Below, in pieces: positions 13,663 through 23,548 of a DNA stretch of 60,469 nucleotides. The DNA comes from Desulfobacteraceae bacterium. GTDB taxonomy: Bacteria; Desulfobacterota; Desulfobacteria; Desulfobacterales; SpSt-501. Under the pieces are notes generated by a model. It was given only the letters and a program-made list of their open reading frames with translations, did no database searches and was not told the DNA's origin. Every line of letters begins with the position of its first letter. Position 1 is the first letter of the stretch. The DNA is taken from the NCBI GenBank assembly GCA_041310935.1, contig JBFYWS010000621.1, positions 1 to 60,469 on the forward strand. The letters are read 5' to 3'. The position numbers were made by a program, and so were the translations under genes.

Positions 13663-16569
13663 TTAGCCGGGCAGTCCGCCCGACGTGATAATGCCCTCTT
13701 CCGTGATGTGAACCAGCCAAATCCGCTTGAGGTAGTTGAACGTCCACGTTCCGATGGTGTCGGTGCGTGTCTCGCGTATCCATAGCGGGCCTGCCTGCTG
13801 GACGACCGACCGGCAGTCGGTGCCCGTCGCCTCCGCGTCGAGCTTGCTGAGTGAATACGTGCGAACCGTCGTTATCGTGGAATCCCTGTACCACTCGCAG
13901 ACGAAGTGGAAGATGTTAGTGCCCATCTCCTTGAATCGCAAGCGCGGGTCGGTTGCGTCTTCGTTTACGACTTCGCGTTGCGGCAGGGATTCCATGAAGA
14001 AGTGGGGATGTCGCTCGCGCATGTTGGTCGCCTCGCATACGCAGACAGCGTTGCCTGGGGTGAGACTGAGGGCGAGCAAAATGCCGTCGTAGTTGTTGGT
14101 ATCCCGGAGCGCAAGCCCTTCCACCCATTGATTCGCGCCTGTTGCCGGGGGGCTGGCGAGGTGTCGGAACACGGCGCCAGTTGTAACCAGGGGTCCGTCG
14201 ATCTTCACATTTACCGGCGACGATATTCCTGCTTTTTCCGTTTTCACGCGAGCCGTCAGCGTCAGTGATCCGTCATCGTTGGGGGTAATGGCGACATCGC
14301 GCTCGACGCCGATGTCGGTAACTGCAAGCGCGTCCGCGAGAAACGCCAGGTCTGCCGGGTCTATGTTGCCTCCGATAGTCAGTACGATGGGGGCCAGGGC
14401 CGCGCCGGCCTGCACGGTTTGAAGTACGCGCTGAACGGTCGTGCGTGTCCACTTGGCATTGACTTCGCCGCCCTCTTCCAGGTCGAGATCAGCGTTGACC
14501 CGCACCCTGGGGCCGGTTGTCGGCAGCGTCACGTCGGATGGGTCCACGTTTCTGGCCGCGCCAACGGTCACGCCGATTCCGGCCCCGCCGGTGTCCTTGC
14601 TGAACGGGCCGACTTTGGGAACCGTCTTCTTGGTGGCTTCAAATGACAAGGCTCCGCTTTCGGCTGGCGTTATTCTGGCCTCGACTCGTTCGCGCACCCC
14701 CGACGTTGGAAGAGTGATTTGGTTGGCGTCGAGGGCGCGGCCAACGGACACTTCCAGTTTCACACCCGCATTGCCGGTGTCCTTGGTCAAGGGGCCAACC
14801 TCGGGGACGTGGCGAGCCTTCCACTTCGCGGACACCTCGCCGCCCTCGCCGAGTTCGATGTCGGCGTCCACATCGTCTCTGACTCCGCTTGTTGGCAAGG
14901 TGATATCGGTAAGGTCCACGTTTCTGGCCGCGCCGATGCGGAGCGCGACGCCTGCCGCGCCAGTGTTCGCCCAATACGGGCCTACCTTGGGGACTTCGCG
15001 CACAGTGCCTTGGACTTCGGCCAGTTCGTCATCGCGCATCTTCAGATCCACGTCGACGCGCTTGCGGATGCCTGGGGCGAGCTTGGCGGCCAATGCTGCT
15101 TTATCATCCGAGTCCGACAAGTCAATGCCATGCGAGTGAATGGGCGTGATGGTTTGCCCGCCGCCGGTCAGGGAGAGGGAACCTTCGATGCTCGCCGACT
15201 GCGTGGTGATGACGGCTTCGTAGTCGAATATCCACTGGTCTTCCTTGGTGATCTTGACGTCGACGGTTTTTCCAATGCCCTTGTATGTCGTGCCGTAGCG
15301 CGTGACCAACTCCGCGCAACTGATCTCATGCTTTCGGAGCCGGATGCCGTAGTCCCGCTGAATGCCGATTCTCGTGCCCGCCCATGATGTCAGAATCACG
15401 TCGGGCAGGTATGTTTCGGTGTGATCGGTCTTGGCGCCGTAGCGCGTTTCCACGATCACGCCGTCATAGAAGCCGTCGCCGCGGGGTGGCCCCACTTCCA
15501 CCTGCCGGACCTGGGCATCGTCGCCGGCTGCGCCTTCGGCAGTCGCCACGTCGTCCGTCAGTGCGGTGTTGTGCGTCGTGCCGACCCATACCCCGATCTC
15601 GTCCTTGGTGTATCCCCATGCGAAGTGCCAGCGGCGGCGCGTGTGCAGGTCAATTTGCACCCATGCGGTCGAGTAGTTGTCCTTGAGAACGCCCGGCTTG
15701 GTCAGCGTCACGGTGCAGCGTCCACTTTCTGCGCTGTAGCCGATGCTGGTGGACTTGCCTTGCGTGGGGGCCAGGGCTTCCCACTCGGTAGCGATGGCCT
15801 GGGCCTCGTCTGCGGGCACGGTGTGGATCACGGCGATTCGTGACTCGTTGCGGGAGCCGAGGTTCGACACCAGGTTGAACGTGACTCTGGCCGTTGCCAC
15901 AACCACGTCCAAAAACGCCGAGCCGTCGTCTGCCCGTGTCGCGGTAGAGATCAGGCATTTCATGCCAGTGTATGCCTGTCCGGCGATGGTGAAGGCACCC
16001 GACAGCGTGGTCTCGATGTAGGTGTGCATGCCTGCGGCGATGGCATTGATCTGCCGGTGGTCTATGTTGGGCAAGCGCAGGAAGAGTACCCATGCCGGAT
16101 TGTCGCTTTGGGTCTTTGGCCCGGTGGGGGCCGCCGGGACGCCGGTAACTGACTCCGTGTTGGTGGGGAAGGTGTGGGCGCTGGTCAGCCGTGCGCCGGC
16201 CCATGCCGAGGCAACCGTGCTGGCGAAGCCAAGCGAGAGAGTCTGGACGATGCCTTCCTGCTGGCCGACGGCTTTGGCGGTGTCGACGAGCGTAATGGTG
16301 CCTGCACGCCATGTGCCTGGGTGTTTTTCCCCTACGGTTGTCGGGTCGGTAACGGTCAGGACGGGCAGCGTGGCGCCAGGCACGTCGTTCTTGATGTCGG
16401 TGTAGTTCTGAAGGTACTGCTGGCCGAGTCTGGCGTCTCCGCGGGTTGGGCATGGAAACCTTCGCACCAGTTCCATGTCCCCGGTCAGCGGATTGACCCC
16501 TTTGCTGACGAGGACGGCCTGCCCATCGGCCAGAGCCTTCTTCGCTTGATCGTAGGATTCTGTTGCCAT
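13663..16569 (-). CDS. Large virion (tail-associated) structural protein, 968 aa, with internal tandem repeats
   Basis: ORF track; GAGGG RBS; size and position in the structural module. No family recognised. Confidence 0.75.
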   Translation of the reverse strand: MATESYDQAKKALADGQAVLVSKGVNPLTGDMELVRRFPCPTRGDARLGQQYLQNYTDIKNDVPGATLPVLTVTDPTTVGEKHPGTWRAGTITLVDTAKAVGQQEGIVQTLSLGFASTVASAWAGARLTSAHTFPTNTESVTGVPAAPTGPKTQSDNPAWVLFLRLPNIDHRQINAIAAGMHTYIETTLSGAFTIAGQAYTGMKCLISTATRADDGSAFLDVVVATARVTFNLVSNLGSRNESRIAVIHTVPADEAQAIATEWEALAPTQGKSTSIGYSAESGRCTVTLTKPGVLKDNYSTAWVQIDLHTRRRWHFAWGYTKDEIGVWVGTTHNTALTDDVATAEGAAGDDAQVRQVEVGPPRGDGFYDGVIVETRYGAKTDHTETYLPDVILTSWAGTRIGIQRDYGIRLRKHEISCAELVTRYGTTYKGIGKTVDVKITKEDQWIFDYEAVITTQSASIEGSLSLTGGGQTITPIHSHGIDLSDSDDKAALAAKLAPGIRKRVDVDLKMRDDELAEVQGTVREVPKVGPYWANTGAAGVALRIGAARNVDLTDITLPTSGVRDDVDADIELGEGGEVSAKWKARHVPEVGPLTKDTGNAGVKLEVSVGRALDANQITLPTSGVRERVEARITPAESGALSFEATKKTVPKVGPFSKDTGGAGIGVTVGAARNVDPSDVTLPTTGPRVRVNADLDLEEGGEVNAKWTRTTVQRVLQTVQAGAALAPIVLTIGGNIDPADLAFLADALAVTDIGVERDVAITPNDDGSLTLTARVKTEKAGISSPVNVKIDGPLVTTGAVFRHLASPPATGANQWVEGLALRDTNNYDGILLALSLTPGNAVCVCEATNMRERHPHFFMESLPQREVVNEDATDPRLRFKEMGTNIFHFVCEWYRDSTITTVRTYSLSKLDAEATGTDCRSVVQQAGPLWIRETRTDTIGTWTFNYLKRIWLVHITEEGIITSGGLPG
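14437..14994 (-). repeat. Three tandem coding repeats of about 62 aa (VP(K/E)VGP...TG.AG......A..(V/L)D...(I/V)TLPT(S/T)G.R..V.A.......(G/S)....(A/E)..K...)
   Basis: Residues about 526-711 of the 968-aa protein align by eye as three units. Confidence 0.8.
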
Positions 16570-16572
16570 AGT

Positions 16573-16920
16573 CTAAGCCCTCGCAACCGTAAGGTCGTAC
16601 AGCTTCTCCTGCTCGGCGGCTTTCTGTGGCTCTTTTTCAGATGAACCGCCGCCCTGAAATACCACCGACGCAACGGCGTGCGCGAGCGCCATGAGCCACT
16701 TGCCATCAATGGAAAGCGTTCCTGTAAGGGCCGTGATGGGCGTGATGGTCAGAAGTGCGCCAGTCGCGGAGAACAGTGCATCGGGCCGGTCTGCCACAAC
16801 GCGGTCGACAGCGGCATTGATCATGGCAGGCAAGAGGTCGTTGGCGGGCTTGAACGGCTCGGTGTCGTTGGTGATCCAGCGCACCTGCTGCGCGACGTGG
16901 CTACCTGTGATTGCCGCCAT
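16573..16920 (-). CDS. Possible head-tail connector (gp6-like) protein, 115 aa
   Basis: Size, position and a loose resemblance (VRWITNDTEP...LLPAMINAAVDRV) to gp6-like adaptors. Weak. Confidence 0.3.
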   Translation of the reverse strand: MAAITGSHVAQQVRWITNDTEPFKPANDLLPAMINAAVDRVVADRPDALFSATGALLTITPITALTGTLSIDGKWLMALAHAVASVVFQGGGSSEKEPQKAAEQEKLYDLTVARA

Positions 16921-16943
16921 ACTTCACCTACCTTCCTTGAAGA

Positions 16944-17408
16944 CTACCTCTTTCCCCGCAGCACCGCGAACAACCGCACCGCCCGGTAAATGACATTCAC
17001 CCGGCGCGGCTCGACTCCGTAGGCCAGCAGCGAATCACGCAGCACGGCGTCAACCTCCCACCGCAGAAACGGCTTGAACTCAAACGGGCCTTCCAGCGTT
17101 GGCGAGACGTAGAACCCCTCGTCCCGGCACCCGCTGTCATGGAACGCATAGCAGGGCCGGGCTTCGTCCGGCGGGTACAGGCCGTGGAACGGCGGCGGGA
17201 TGCTGCCCCAGTCGGTTTCCTGGCAGTGGCGGTCGGGTTGGATGAAGTGGCCGTTGGACAACTGGAACGTCGCCGGGTTTACGGGGTGCAAGGTGAACTC
17301 GTAGACCGTCTTGTGGTACGGCGATGGGACGTGCGGCCACGGCCAATGCTCGCAACGGATGAAGCGGGCGTCGAAGTTCTCGGGATTATGCCACTGGCCG
17401 ACGTTCAT
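16944..17408 (-). CDS. DUF1353-family protein
   Basis: ETDWGSIPPPF plus AFHDSGC plus RWEVDAVLRDSLL...IYRAVRLF match the TDGASIP / HDxxY / aD..f pattern of DUF1353. Confidence 0.6.
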   Translation of the reverse strand: MNVGQWHNPENFDARFIRCEHWPWPHVPSPYHKTVYEFTLHPVNPATFQLSNGHFIQPDRHCQETDWGSIPPPFHGLYPPDEARPCYAFHDSGCRDEGFYVSPTLEGPFEFKPFLRWEVDAVLRDSLLAYGVEPRRVNVIYRAVRLFAVLRGKR

Positions 17409-17656
17409 TTCCCGCCTCCGTTTCTCAGCCGCCGCGCCTCATCCGCCTTGGCCTTCGCGCTGTTGAGCAGAGCCAAGAGCGACAGCAAAGCGCCCGACAG
17501 CCCGCGCAAGATTGCCGCGACCATCTTGACTTGTGACGGCGGGTACTCATACTGAGCGCACGCGTTGTAAGTGTCCGAGATGGGCACGATGAAGTTGGCC
17601 GCGAAGAAGACCGCGATGTAGAAGATCAGCCAGCCGGTCTCGACAGAGATTTTCAT
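17405..17656 (-). CDS. Small membrane protein (two predicted TM helices), holin-like
   Basis: ATG at 17656 (MKISVETGWLIFYIAVFFAANFIV...), one nt after the upstream stop. Next to the peptidase candidate. Confidence 0.45.
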   Translation of the reverse strand: MKISVETGWLIFYIAVFFAANFIVPISDTYNACAQYEYPPSQVKMVAAILRGLSGALLSLLALLNSAKAKADEARRLRNGGGK

Positions 17657-17657
17657 A

Positions 17658-17909
17658 TCAGCCCCCCTTGACCGCGAGCGCACGCAACACGACAACCACC
17701 CCGCTGACAATGCTGACCAGCAGCGCCCCGACAACGATAGACGTTACCCAGGTCAATGCCTGCAAAATCTGGTCATGCTTCGCCAGTCGCGTCTGAATCG
17801 AGACGGAGCCATTGTCGTGGAAGAGCCGGTTGTCAATAGACTCCAACTTCGCCAGCACTTTGTCCGTCGCCATCTGGCACTCGCTGCGAGTAACGTATTC
17901 CTCGGTCAT
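17658..17909 (-). CDS. Small protein with a C-terminal TM helix, holin/antiholin-like
   Basis: Strong GGAGG-type RBS; C-terminal WVTSIVVGALLVSIVSGVVVVL. Confidence 0.45.
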   Translation of the reverse strand: MTEEYVTRSECQMATDKVLAKLESIDNRLFHDNGSVSIQTRLAKHDQILQALTWVTSIVVGALLVSIVSGVVVVLRALAVKGG

Positions 17910-17926
17910 GGCCTTCCTCCCTCTCC

Positions 17927-18667
17927 CTAGCTGATGTGCAACCGCCAGCCGTCGTGCTGCCAGTACCGATCCGGGAACCGCAACGCGTAGGCGCTGTCCC
18001 TGCTTCGGTATTTCAGATAGCAGGCCCGGTGATAAAGTACCACGCCCTGCACCCCGAATCCGCGCCCCCAGTGAATATGCTTGGCATGCCAGCAGTTCTC
18101 GCCCGCGAACAGCATCGCCAGCCTCACCGAACTGTGATATCCCTGAATGGCCGGGTGCGCCGTCGCATCAAAGTAGCCGTTGGCGCGGTTGACGTGCTGC
18201 GGTTGCCATCCCTCCGTCACCGCCTCCACATCAATCAGCGGGAGCCGCCCCATTGCAGCCGCCTCAGACTCCTCCCCCTCCACACGCTCCCACCGCGTGC
18301 CGCCGGGGAACAGTCCCGTTTGCAACGCCCCCCAGAACGCCTCCTCCTGGAACAGCCCGCCTGTCGAGCCGTCCTGAGCGTGGTACTTCTGTCGTGCGGC
18401 ATAATAGGCCGTCGTGCCGCGCAGATTTGGCACCGCCACGCCCTTCAGCCGCCATGCGATCTCTACGAGGTCAAGGCAGCTTTGCACCGTGCAGGTCGGC
18501 AGGTTGCCCTGGTCATCCCACGCACTCACGCCGAACCACGCCACGTCGCGCCCGCCAGTTGAGCCAATCAACAGGGGATGCTGCTCGGGAATCTCCGGCA
18601 TGGGCCGGTCGGCAATCAGGGCCGCGTCCAGCGGGCTAACCAATGCGCCAGTTGTGCAGAGACTCAT
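17927..18667 (-). CDS. Papain-like cysteine peptidase candidate (possible endolysin)
   Basis: QGNLPTCTVQSCLDLVE (Gln...Cys), later GYHSS (His) and ENCWH resemble the C1-type catalytic order. ATGA overlap with the upstream gene at 18664-18667. Confidence 0.35.
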   Translation of the reverse strand: MSLCTTGALVSPLDAALIADRPMPEIPEQHPLLIGSTGGRDVAWFGVSAWDDQGNLPTCTVQSCLDLVEIAWRLKGVAVPNLRGTTAYYAARQKYHAQDGSTGGLFQEEAFWGALQTGLFPGGTRWERVEGEESEAAAMGRLPLIDVEAVTEGWQPQHVNRANGYFDATAHPAIQGYHSSVRLAMLFAGENCWHAKHIHWGRGFGVQGVVLYHRACYLKYRSRDSAYALRFPDRYWQHDGWRLHIS

Positions 18668-18885
18668 TCCCACACCCCCATAACCCGGCCGTCAGCCGTC
18701 AGGATCAATCGCAGCATGATCGTTTTGTCCACGTTCGTTGCCGTGCCCCCCGCAATCACGGCCCGCCGCCCGTCAACGTAAATGCCGTCCGCGTGCGGGT
18801 ACGGAACAATGTTGCCGGGCTTCTCCGTGCTTCGGCACGAGCATCCCATCAGCAAACAGACCGCGAGAGTGAGTAGGTGCTTCAT
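18664..18885 (-). CDS. Small lipoprotein (73 aa), o-spanin-like
   Basis: MKHLLTLAVCLLMGC lipobox; ATGA overlap with the upstream gene. Confidence 0.55.
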   Translation of the reverse strand: MKHLLTLAVCLLMGCSCRSTEKPGNIVPYPHADGIYVDGRRAVIAGGTATNVDKTIMLRLILTADGRVMGVWE

Positions 18886-19271
18886 TCGCCGGTCGCCTCG
18901 TCCCGCTGTTGCCGAGTCTCGTTCCCCTGCCCGATTACCTGCTGGATCGTCACGTCGCCGCCCGCCTGAATGGACGGCAGCGCGGTCCCGCCTGATGTCT
19001 TGTCGTCGTCGGCCAGAGCGTCGGCAATCAGATAGCCGCCGCCCCACCCGAGCAGTTTGCCCACGTCGGCCCACATCGAATCCGACAGTCCCACGTCCTC
19101 GGAAGCCTGGCTGATGCCGGTCCCGCGCACGATATCGCCCGCCGCCCGCCGCCGCACGTTGTTGTCTCTAACCGTCTGCCACGTCGAACCACCGGGGACG
19201 ACCGCACACCCACTCACCACGAGCACCGCCACCGCAACCGCCAGCCACGCAGCGTCTAGAATCCTCTTCAT
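18882..19271 (-). CDS. Lipoprotein (129 aa)
   Basis: MKRILDAAWLAVAVAVLVVSGC lipobox; ATGA overlap at 19268-19271. Confidence 0.55.
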   Translation of the reverse strand: MKRILDAAWLAVAVAVLVVSGCAVVPGGSTWQTVRDNNVRRRAAGDIVRGTGISQASEDVGLSDSMWADVGKLLGWGGGYLIADALADDDKTSGGTALPSIQAGGDVTIQQVIGQGNETRQQRDEATGE

Positions 19272-19711
19272 TGTCCGCCTCCTTTGTGAACCGTCACCGA
19301 ATGAACACGCAAACTCCCCGGTGCGGATGGAAACCCTCCTCCGAGCAGCCATACCAGGTATGCGCCGTCGGAGGTCTCCCCATCTTCCGCGACCGCCACG
19401 CAGCCAAATACGTTCGTGCCCGCCTGCACCGTGAACACGCCCGTTGTCGCCGATGCCTTCCCGATTGCCGCCACGTCCTCAACCGTCACCCATGCGTTAG
19501 AGACCAGCCGGAAAAACCGGATCGCCACCAGGTCCGTCAACGCCGTGCCGTCGTCGTTCTTGGTCGGGCAGTCAGCTACCAACCGGATGTCCGCCGCCGT
19601 GATCCGCACTGGCGGAATCGGCGGAATCCCCTGCGCCAGCGCCGCCCCCGCCAGCAGCAGCCACAGGGCCGCGCCAAGCAACGAGCCAAGAATCGGTATC
19701 CGCAGTTTCAT
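19268..19711 (-). CDS. Secreted protein (Sec signal peptide)
   Basis: ATG at 19711 preceded by AAGGAGGG; MKLRIPILGSLLGAALWLLLAGAALA-QG. Confidence 0.55.
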   Translation of the reverse strand: MKLRIPILGSLLGAALWLLLAGAALAQGIPPIPPVRITAADIRLVADCPTKNDDGTALTDLVAIRFFRLVSNAWVTVEDVAAIGKASATTGVFTVQAGTNVFGCVAVAEDGETSDGAYLVWLLGGGFPSAPGSLRVHSVTVHKGGGQ

Positions 19712-19722
19712 TTCGCCCTCCT

Positions 19723-20148
19723 TCACTTCGGCGCAATCACCGCGTTCGTTTTGCCGTCGTCTATCGCGCTTTTCGGCGGGGCCAGCCCCAGCTTCTTCAG
19801 TGTCACCAGCGGATCATCCGTGGCAATCATCTTCACCGCCGCGTCACCCGCCGCCGTGCTCACCTCCGCCAGGCTGTTGCTCGTCACCTGCGTCTTGCCG
19901 CTCAACCATGCGCCCACCGCGTTCGTCACCGCTGCCTGCTTGGTCCTGTTGGTCCATGCCGAGTAAGGCGAGACAAACAGAACGTGCCGCCCCTTACAAG
20001 CGGTGTCAATCTTAGGAAACTGCTCGCGCCAGTAACACGCCACGGAATACCCATTGCTCGCGGCGTCATACCATACGACGGGCGCAATGGACTCAGCCCA
20101 AATAACAGGAATCGGCAACAGCAACAGCAAGTAAAATACGCGCTTCAT
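19723..20148 (-). CDS. Secreted protein (Sec signal peptide)
   Basis: ATG at 20148 in an ATGA overlap; MKRVFYLLLLLPIPVIWA-E. Confidence 0.55.
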   Translation of the reverse strand: MKRVFYLLLLLPIPVIWAESIAPVVWYDAASNGYSVACYWREQFPKIDTACKGRHVLFVSPYSAWTNRTKQAAVTNAVGAWLSGKTQVTSNSLAEVSTAAGDAAVKMIATDDPLVTLKKLGLAPPKSAIDDGKTNAVIAPK

Positions 20149-20915
20149 GGTCGAGGCCGATCCTTTGTGGCGTCGTAGTGCGCCTTGACATCTGCGGCCT
20201 GCATGAGTCCGGTGTGCAGTATGTCCGACATATAACCGTTGAGCGGAGCAGCCAAGTCGATCCATATCCCAAGCCTAGCGTTCTCGCCTTCAGTATAGTT
20301 ATATCTGTCGGTGTCACTGACGTTCAGGACTCCGTTGGTATATATTCTCTTGCCTCCATTAAAGTCATAGACGATGCCGATGTGAATCCATACATTAGAG
20401 GCAAGAACAGCCCCTTGGAGCTGAGGGCTTCCGAACTTATCTGTCATAATCTTCCCAGTTGTTATATCTCGGTAAACGGTCATGCGTTTACCCCCATCAT
20501 CTATTCCGCGATAGAAAAAAACATGATACACGTCCGTTCCGCCCACAATCTTTGTCCAGAACAGGAAAGATGCAGAAGACGAAACTGGGTTCAAATCGTT
20601 AGTAATGGTAATCCAATCGTCAATACCGTCGAACTTGTACGTGCCGGACACAAACAACGGACGGCAGGAGGCATTGGTTTGATAACCGTCGCTTAGGCGG
20701 GATAGGAAATCTTCCGCCGTCCATGTAGGCAATTGCGCCGGATCGCGTGCCCCATTCGGAAACCAAAATCCTTCCAACTCCGTGTTCGTCCAAAATGTGT
20801 ACGGGAGCGTAGCCGCTGCGGTCGTGTGGTAGGTGCTCCCGCTGGCAATGCGATTTTGCGCCTGCGCGGTCCCGGCGGCGAGCGTCAGCAGCAGTATGGC
20901 GAGGGCACGGTTCAT
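20145..20915 (-). CDS. LamG / concanavalin-A-like lectin domain protein with a signal peptide (receptor-binding candidate)
   Basis: MNRALAILLLTLAAGTAQA-Q; YKFDGIDDWITI...FLFWTK...WIHIGIVYD..GGKRIYTNG...LNGYMSDI fits the Laminin_G_3 pattern. Locally lower GC. Confidence 0.65.
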   Translation of the reverse strand: MNRALAILLLTLAAGTAQAQNRIASGSTYHTTAAATLPYTFWTNTELEGFWFPNGARDPAQLPTWTAEDFLSRLSDGYQTNASCRPLFVSGTYKFDGIDDWITITNDLNPVSSSASFLFWTKIVGGTDVYHVFFYRGIDDGGKRMTVYRDITTGKIMTDKFGSPQLQGAVLASNVWIHIGIVYDFNGGKRIYTNGVLNVSDTDRYNYTEGENARLGIWIDLAAPLNGYMSDILHTGLMQAADVKAHYDATKDRPRP

Positions 20916-23548
20916 GGGTTGACCTGCATGATGTTAGTCACGATTGCGCCGTTGCTGCATGACAGGAAGTGCATGAAGCCGAGCGACAGCGCCTTCATGT
21001 CCACGTAGTTGGTCGTATCCGTGTACCACCGGATCGCCGCGCCCATCGGCACCGTCAGCGCGAGCGTGGCGTTGGTAAGCGTCAACTGATTGACCCCACT
21101 CAACGAGTACCCGCCGCCGTCCACGTTGTTGGTCCACGGCGTCTGACTGCCTCCGCCCGTGGCCGTGCTGGCAATCGTCCAGTCCTGCGCCGAGTTGGTT
21201 GTGATCGTGATGCTGGTGCCCGCCGTGATGGTTGGCGTCACGGATTGCGCGACGGTGTACTCCGTGCCGTTGGTCGTTACGGTGATCCCGCTGCCCGCGA
21301 CAACGCTCGCGCCCGCCGATCCCGTCGCCTGCCACGTCACAAGCCCGGTTGTCGCGTTAGTCGCAATCGGACTCCATGTGACCGTCGCCGTGTTGCTGGG
21401 ATAGAAACCGGCGGGCGCGTTGGTCACGTCCGCAATCGCGTGCGCGTGCCCCGGCTGGCTGGCCGACGCCGCCAGCGCCACGGTCTGCGTGTAGGTGGTG
21501 TCGTTTGTCTGGACATACCCCATAAGACTGCCCACCCCCGGCGTTTCCAAGTGCGTGTCGTAGGGATCGCCGCCGTACGTGATGACCGTGGGGGCCGTAC
21601 CGCTCCCGCTCACCGTCAGGTAGTACAGCACGCCCCAATATAACCCCGCGCCGCTGATGTTGTTGTCGTTGTGCGTCGTTACCCGATAGCTGGCAAGCGA
21701 CGTACCGATTGCCCCCGAGACTGCGGAGGTGTCAATCACGTTCGTCGTCGCCCCGTTGTCGTCCGTGTAGACCAGCGCGATCTTGCCCGTCACGGTCTTG
21801 GTGCCGCTTTTCACGGCGTAGAACCGTCCAATGTAAGTCCCTGCGCGAATCATGTCCGTGCTGTTGGTGTACCAAAACGCCCCCACCAGAGTGTCGCCCG
21901 CCGCCAGCGCCGCATTTGTCACCGACCACGCTGGCGACGGCGCAACGTCCGCCAGTGATCCAGCCGTGCTGATAACCGGATGCGCGTTCGTGCTGCCGAA
22001 CAGCGTCGCCTCCGACAGCCCCTCTAGCAAATCATAGACCTGCTTGCGGTTGACGTACTGATTCGTGGTTACGCCCGCAGGGCCGTACAGCCCAGTAACG
22101 AGCGTGTCGCCGTCTTGCAAGGCGCTGTCGGCCAGCAGCAGGCTAGCCACGCTGGCCGCGTTGAGAGTGCCGGTGGGGGCCGAGGAGGTTCCGGCGTTCG
22201 TCAGACCCGTCCCAGCCGCCCATTGGTCGTGCGCCGTCGGCGTGCGGGCGTCAGTCAGCCGCGAGTCGTTGGTATAGACGACGGTGTTGCTTTTCGAGAG
22301 CCAATCCGCGCCGCCAGCCGCGCCAGCCGCAAGCGCGTTGCTGACTGCGGTAGCCGAGCCTGCCGCGTCGAATGCCGCCGCATTGGTCAGCCCACCCGCA
22401 GCCGCGATTGCCGCCCCGCTCAGGTCTGTTATGCCCGCCCCTTTCCCGACCAGATTAGACGCCGTGAGTGTCCCCGAGAAGCTGCCAGCGATCCCGTAAA
22501 CCGTGCCCCAGCGAAACGAGCCGTCGCCTAAATCCACAGAGTCGGCATTGGGCAATAACGAGCCGAGCATCTTGAGAGAGCCGTCGCGCATGACAAACGC
22601 CCCCGCCGCATTCGTCGCCGCCGTGCCGAGGCCCATCGTCCCCCGCGCCGTCGCCGCGTCCGCGTCGTCAACAAGGGTCTGCCCGAAAGCGGAAATCCCA
22701 ACCTTGCTCGGCGTCAGACTGCCATCGGCCAGGTCGTCAAGATCGGCGTCCCATGCCTGCACATGCGTCCCCGGCACAAGGCTGAGATTCGTCCGGGCGG
22801 TCGCCGCGCTGGCCAGGTCGCTCAGGTTGCTGGAAATGGCGAGGTAAATGCCCGCGCCAGAGACAACCCCCGTCAGTCCGCTGCCGTCGCCGGTGAACGT
22901 GCCGCCCAGCGAGACGCCCGTGGAGCCGTTCGTAACCGCCCCCGCCAGCACGGGGTACACCCGGCCATAGCTGTCAGTCGTGCTCGTCCAGCCGTTCGAT
23001 GACGCGAAGATGTTCGGGCCGTGCGTGGCGGTGTGGCTGTAGGGACCGCGCAACGCCCAATCCAACGGCATGTTCGGATCAGTGGCCGCCGGCACATCGA
23101 GTTCAGGGCTATCAAAAACCGTGATCTTGCCCCTGGCGTAGCTGTGGGATTCCGTGGCACTGGTGATGCACAGGGCCGCATATCCATCCTCGACGACCAC
23201 GGTCAAGTTGCTGGCGGCAACCGTCACCGTGCAGTAACCTGATGTCGAAACCGTGCAGTTCGTCATGGAAAACCCGTTCGTGATGCTCTGCAAGCTGGCA
23301 AGGCTGTTGGTCGAGTAAAAGAACTTGGCAGTGTAGTTCGTCGGATACCAGCGCGTGTCTTCATCGAGCCACAGGTTGAACTGCCATTGCGGGGTGTTAC
23401 CGCGGCTGGTCTTGACGTGGAACTGGTCGGCGGTGTGCTCGTCGAATCTGACATTGTGTGTCTCGGTCGGCGGGGACTGCGCGAGGGCAACCGTTGCGAG
23501 AAGCGCGGCAAGAAGTGCGATGATCGTGGTTCTCATACAAAGCTCCAT
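20912..23548 (-). CDS. Tail fibre-like protein (878 aa) with an N-terminal Sec-type signal peptide
   Basis: GGTFTGDGSGLTGV and LSDLASAATARTNLSL motifs are typical of phage fibres. N-terminus MRTTIIALLAALLATVALA-Q. An alternative ATG at 23536 makes an ATGA overlap. Confidence 0.7.
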   Translation of the reverse strand: MELCMRTTIIALLAALLATVALAQSPPTETHNVRFDEHTADQFHVKTSRGNTPQWQFNLWLDEDTRWYPTNYTAKFFYSTNSLASLQSITNGFSMTNCTVSTSGYCTVTVAASNLTVVVEDGYAALCITSATESHSYARGKITVFDSPELDVPAATDPNMPLDWALRGPYSHTATHGPNIFASSNGWTSTTDSYGRVYPVLAGAVTNGSTGVSLGGTFTGDGSGLTGVVSGAGIYLAISSNLSDLASAATARTNLSLVPGTHVQAWDADLDDLADGSLTPSKVGISAFGQTLVDDADAATARGTMGLGTAATNAAGAFVMRDGSLKMLGSLLPNADSVDLGDGSFRWGTVYGIAGSFSGTLTASNLVGKGAGITDLSGAAIAAAGGLTNAAAFDAAGSATAVSNALAAGAAGGADWLSKSNTVVYTNDSRLTDARTPTAHDQWAAGTGLTNAGTSSAPTGTLNAASVASLLLADSALQDGDTLVTGLYGPAGVTTNQYVNRKQVYDLLEGLSEATLFGSTNAHPVISTAGSLADVAPSPAWSVTNAALAAGDTLVGAFWYTNSTDMIRAGTYIGRFYAVKSGTKTVTGKIALVYTDDNGATTNVIDTSAVSGAIGTSLASYRVTTHNDNNISGAGLYWGVLYYLTVSGSGTAPTVITYGGDPYDTHLETPGVGSLMGYVQTNDTTYTQTVALAASASQPGHAHAIADVTNAPAGFYPSNTATVTWSPIATNATTGLVTWQATGSAGASVVAGSGITVTTNGTEYTVAQSVTPTITAGTSITITTNSAQDWTIASTATGGGSQTPWTNNVDGGGYSLSGVNQLTLTNATLALTVPMGAAIRWYTDTTNYVDMKALSLGFMHFLSCSNGAIVTNIMQVNP

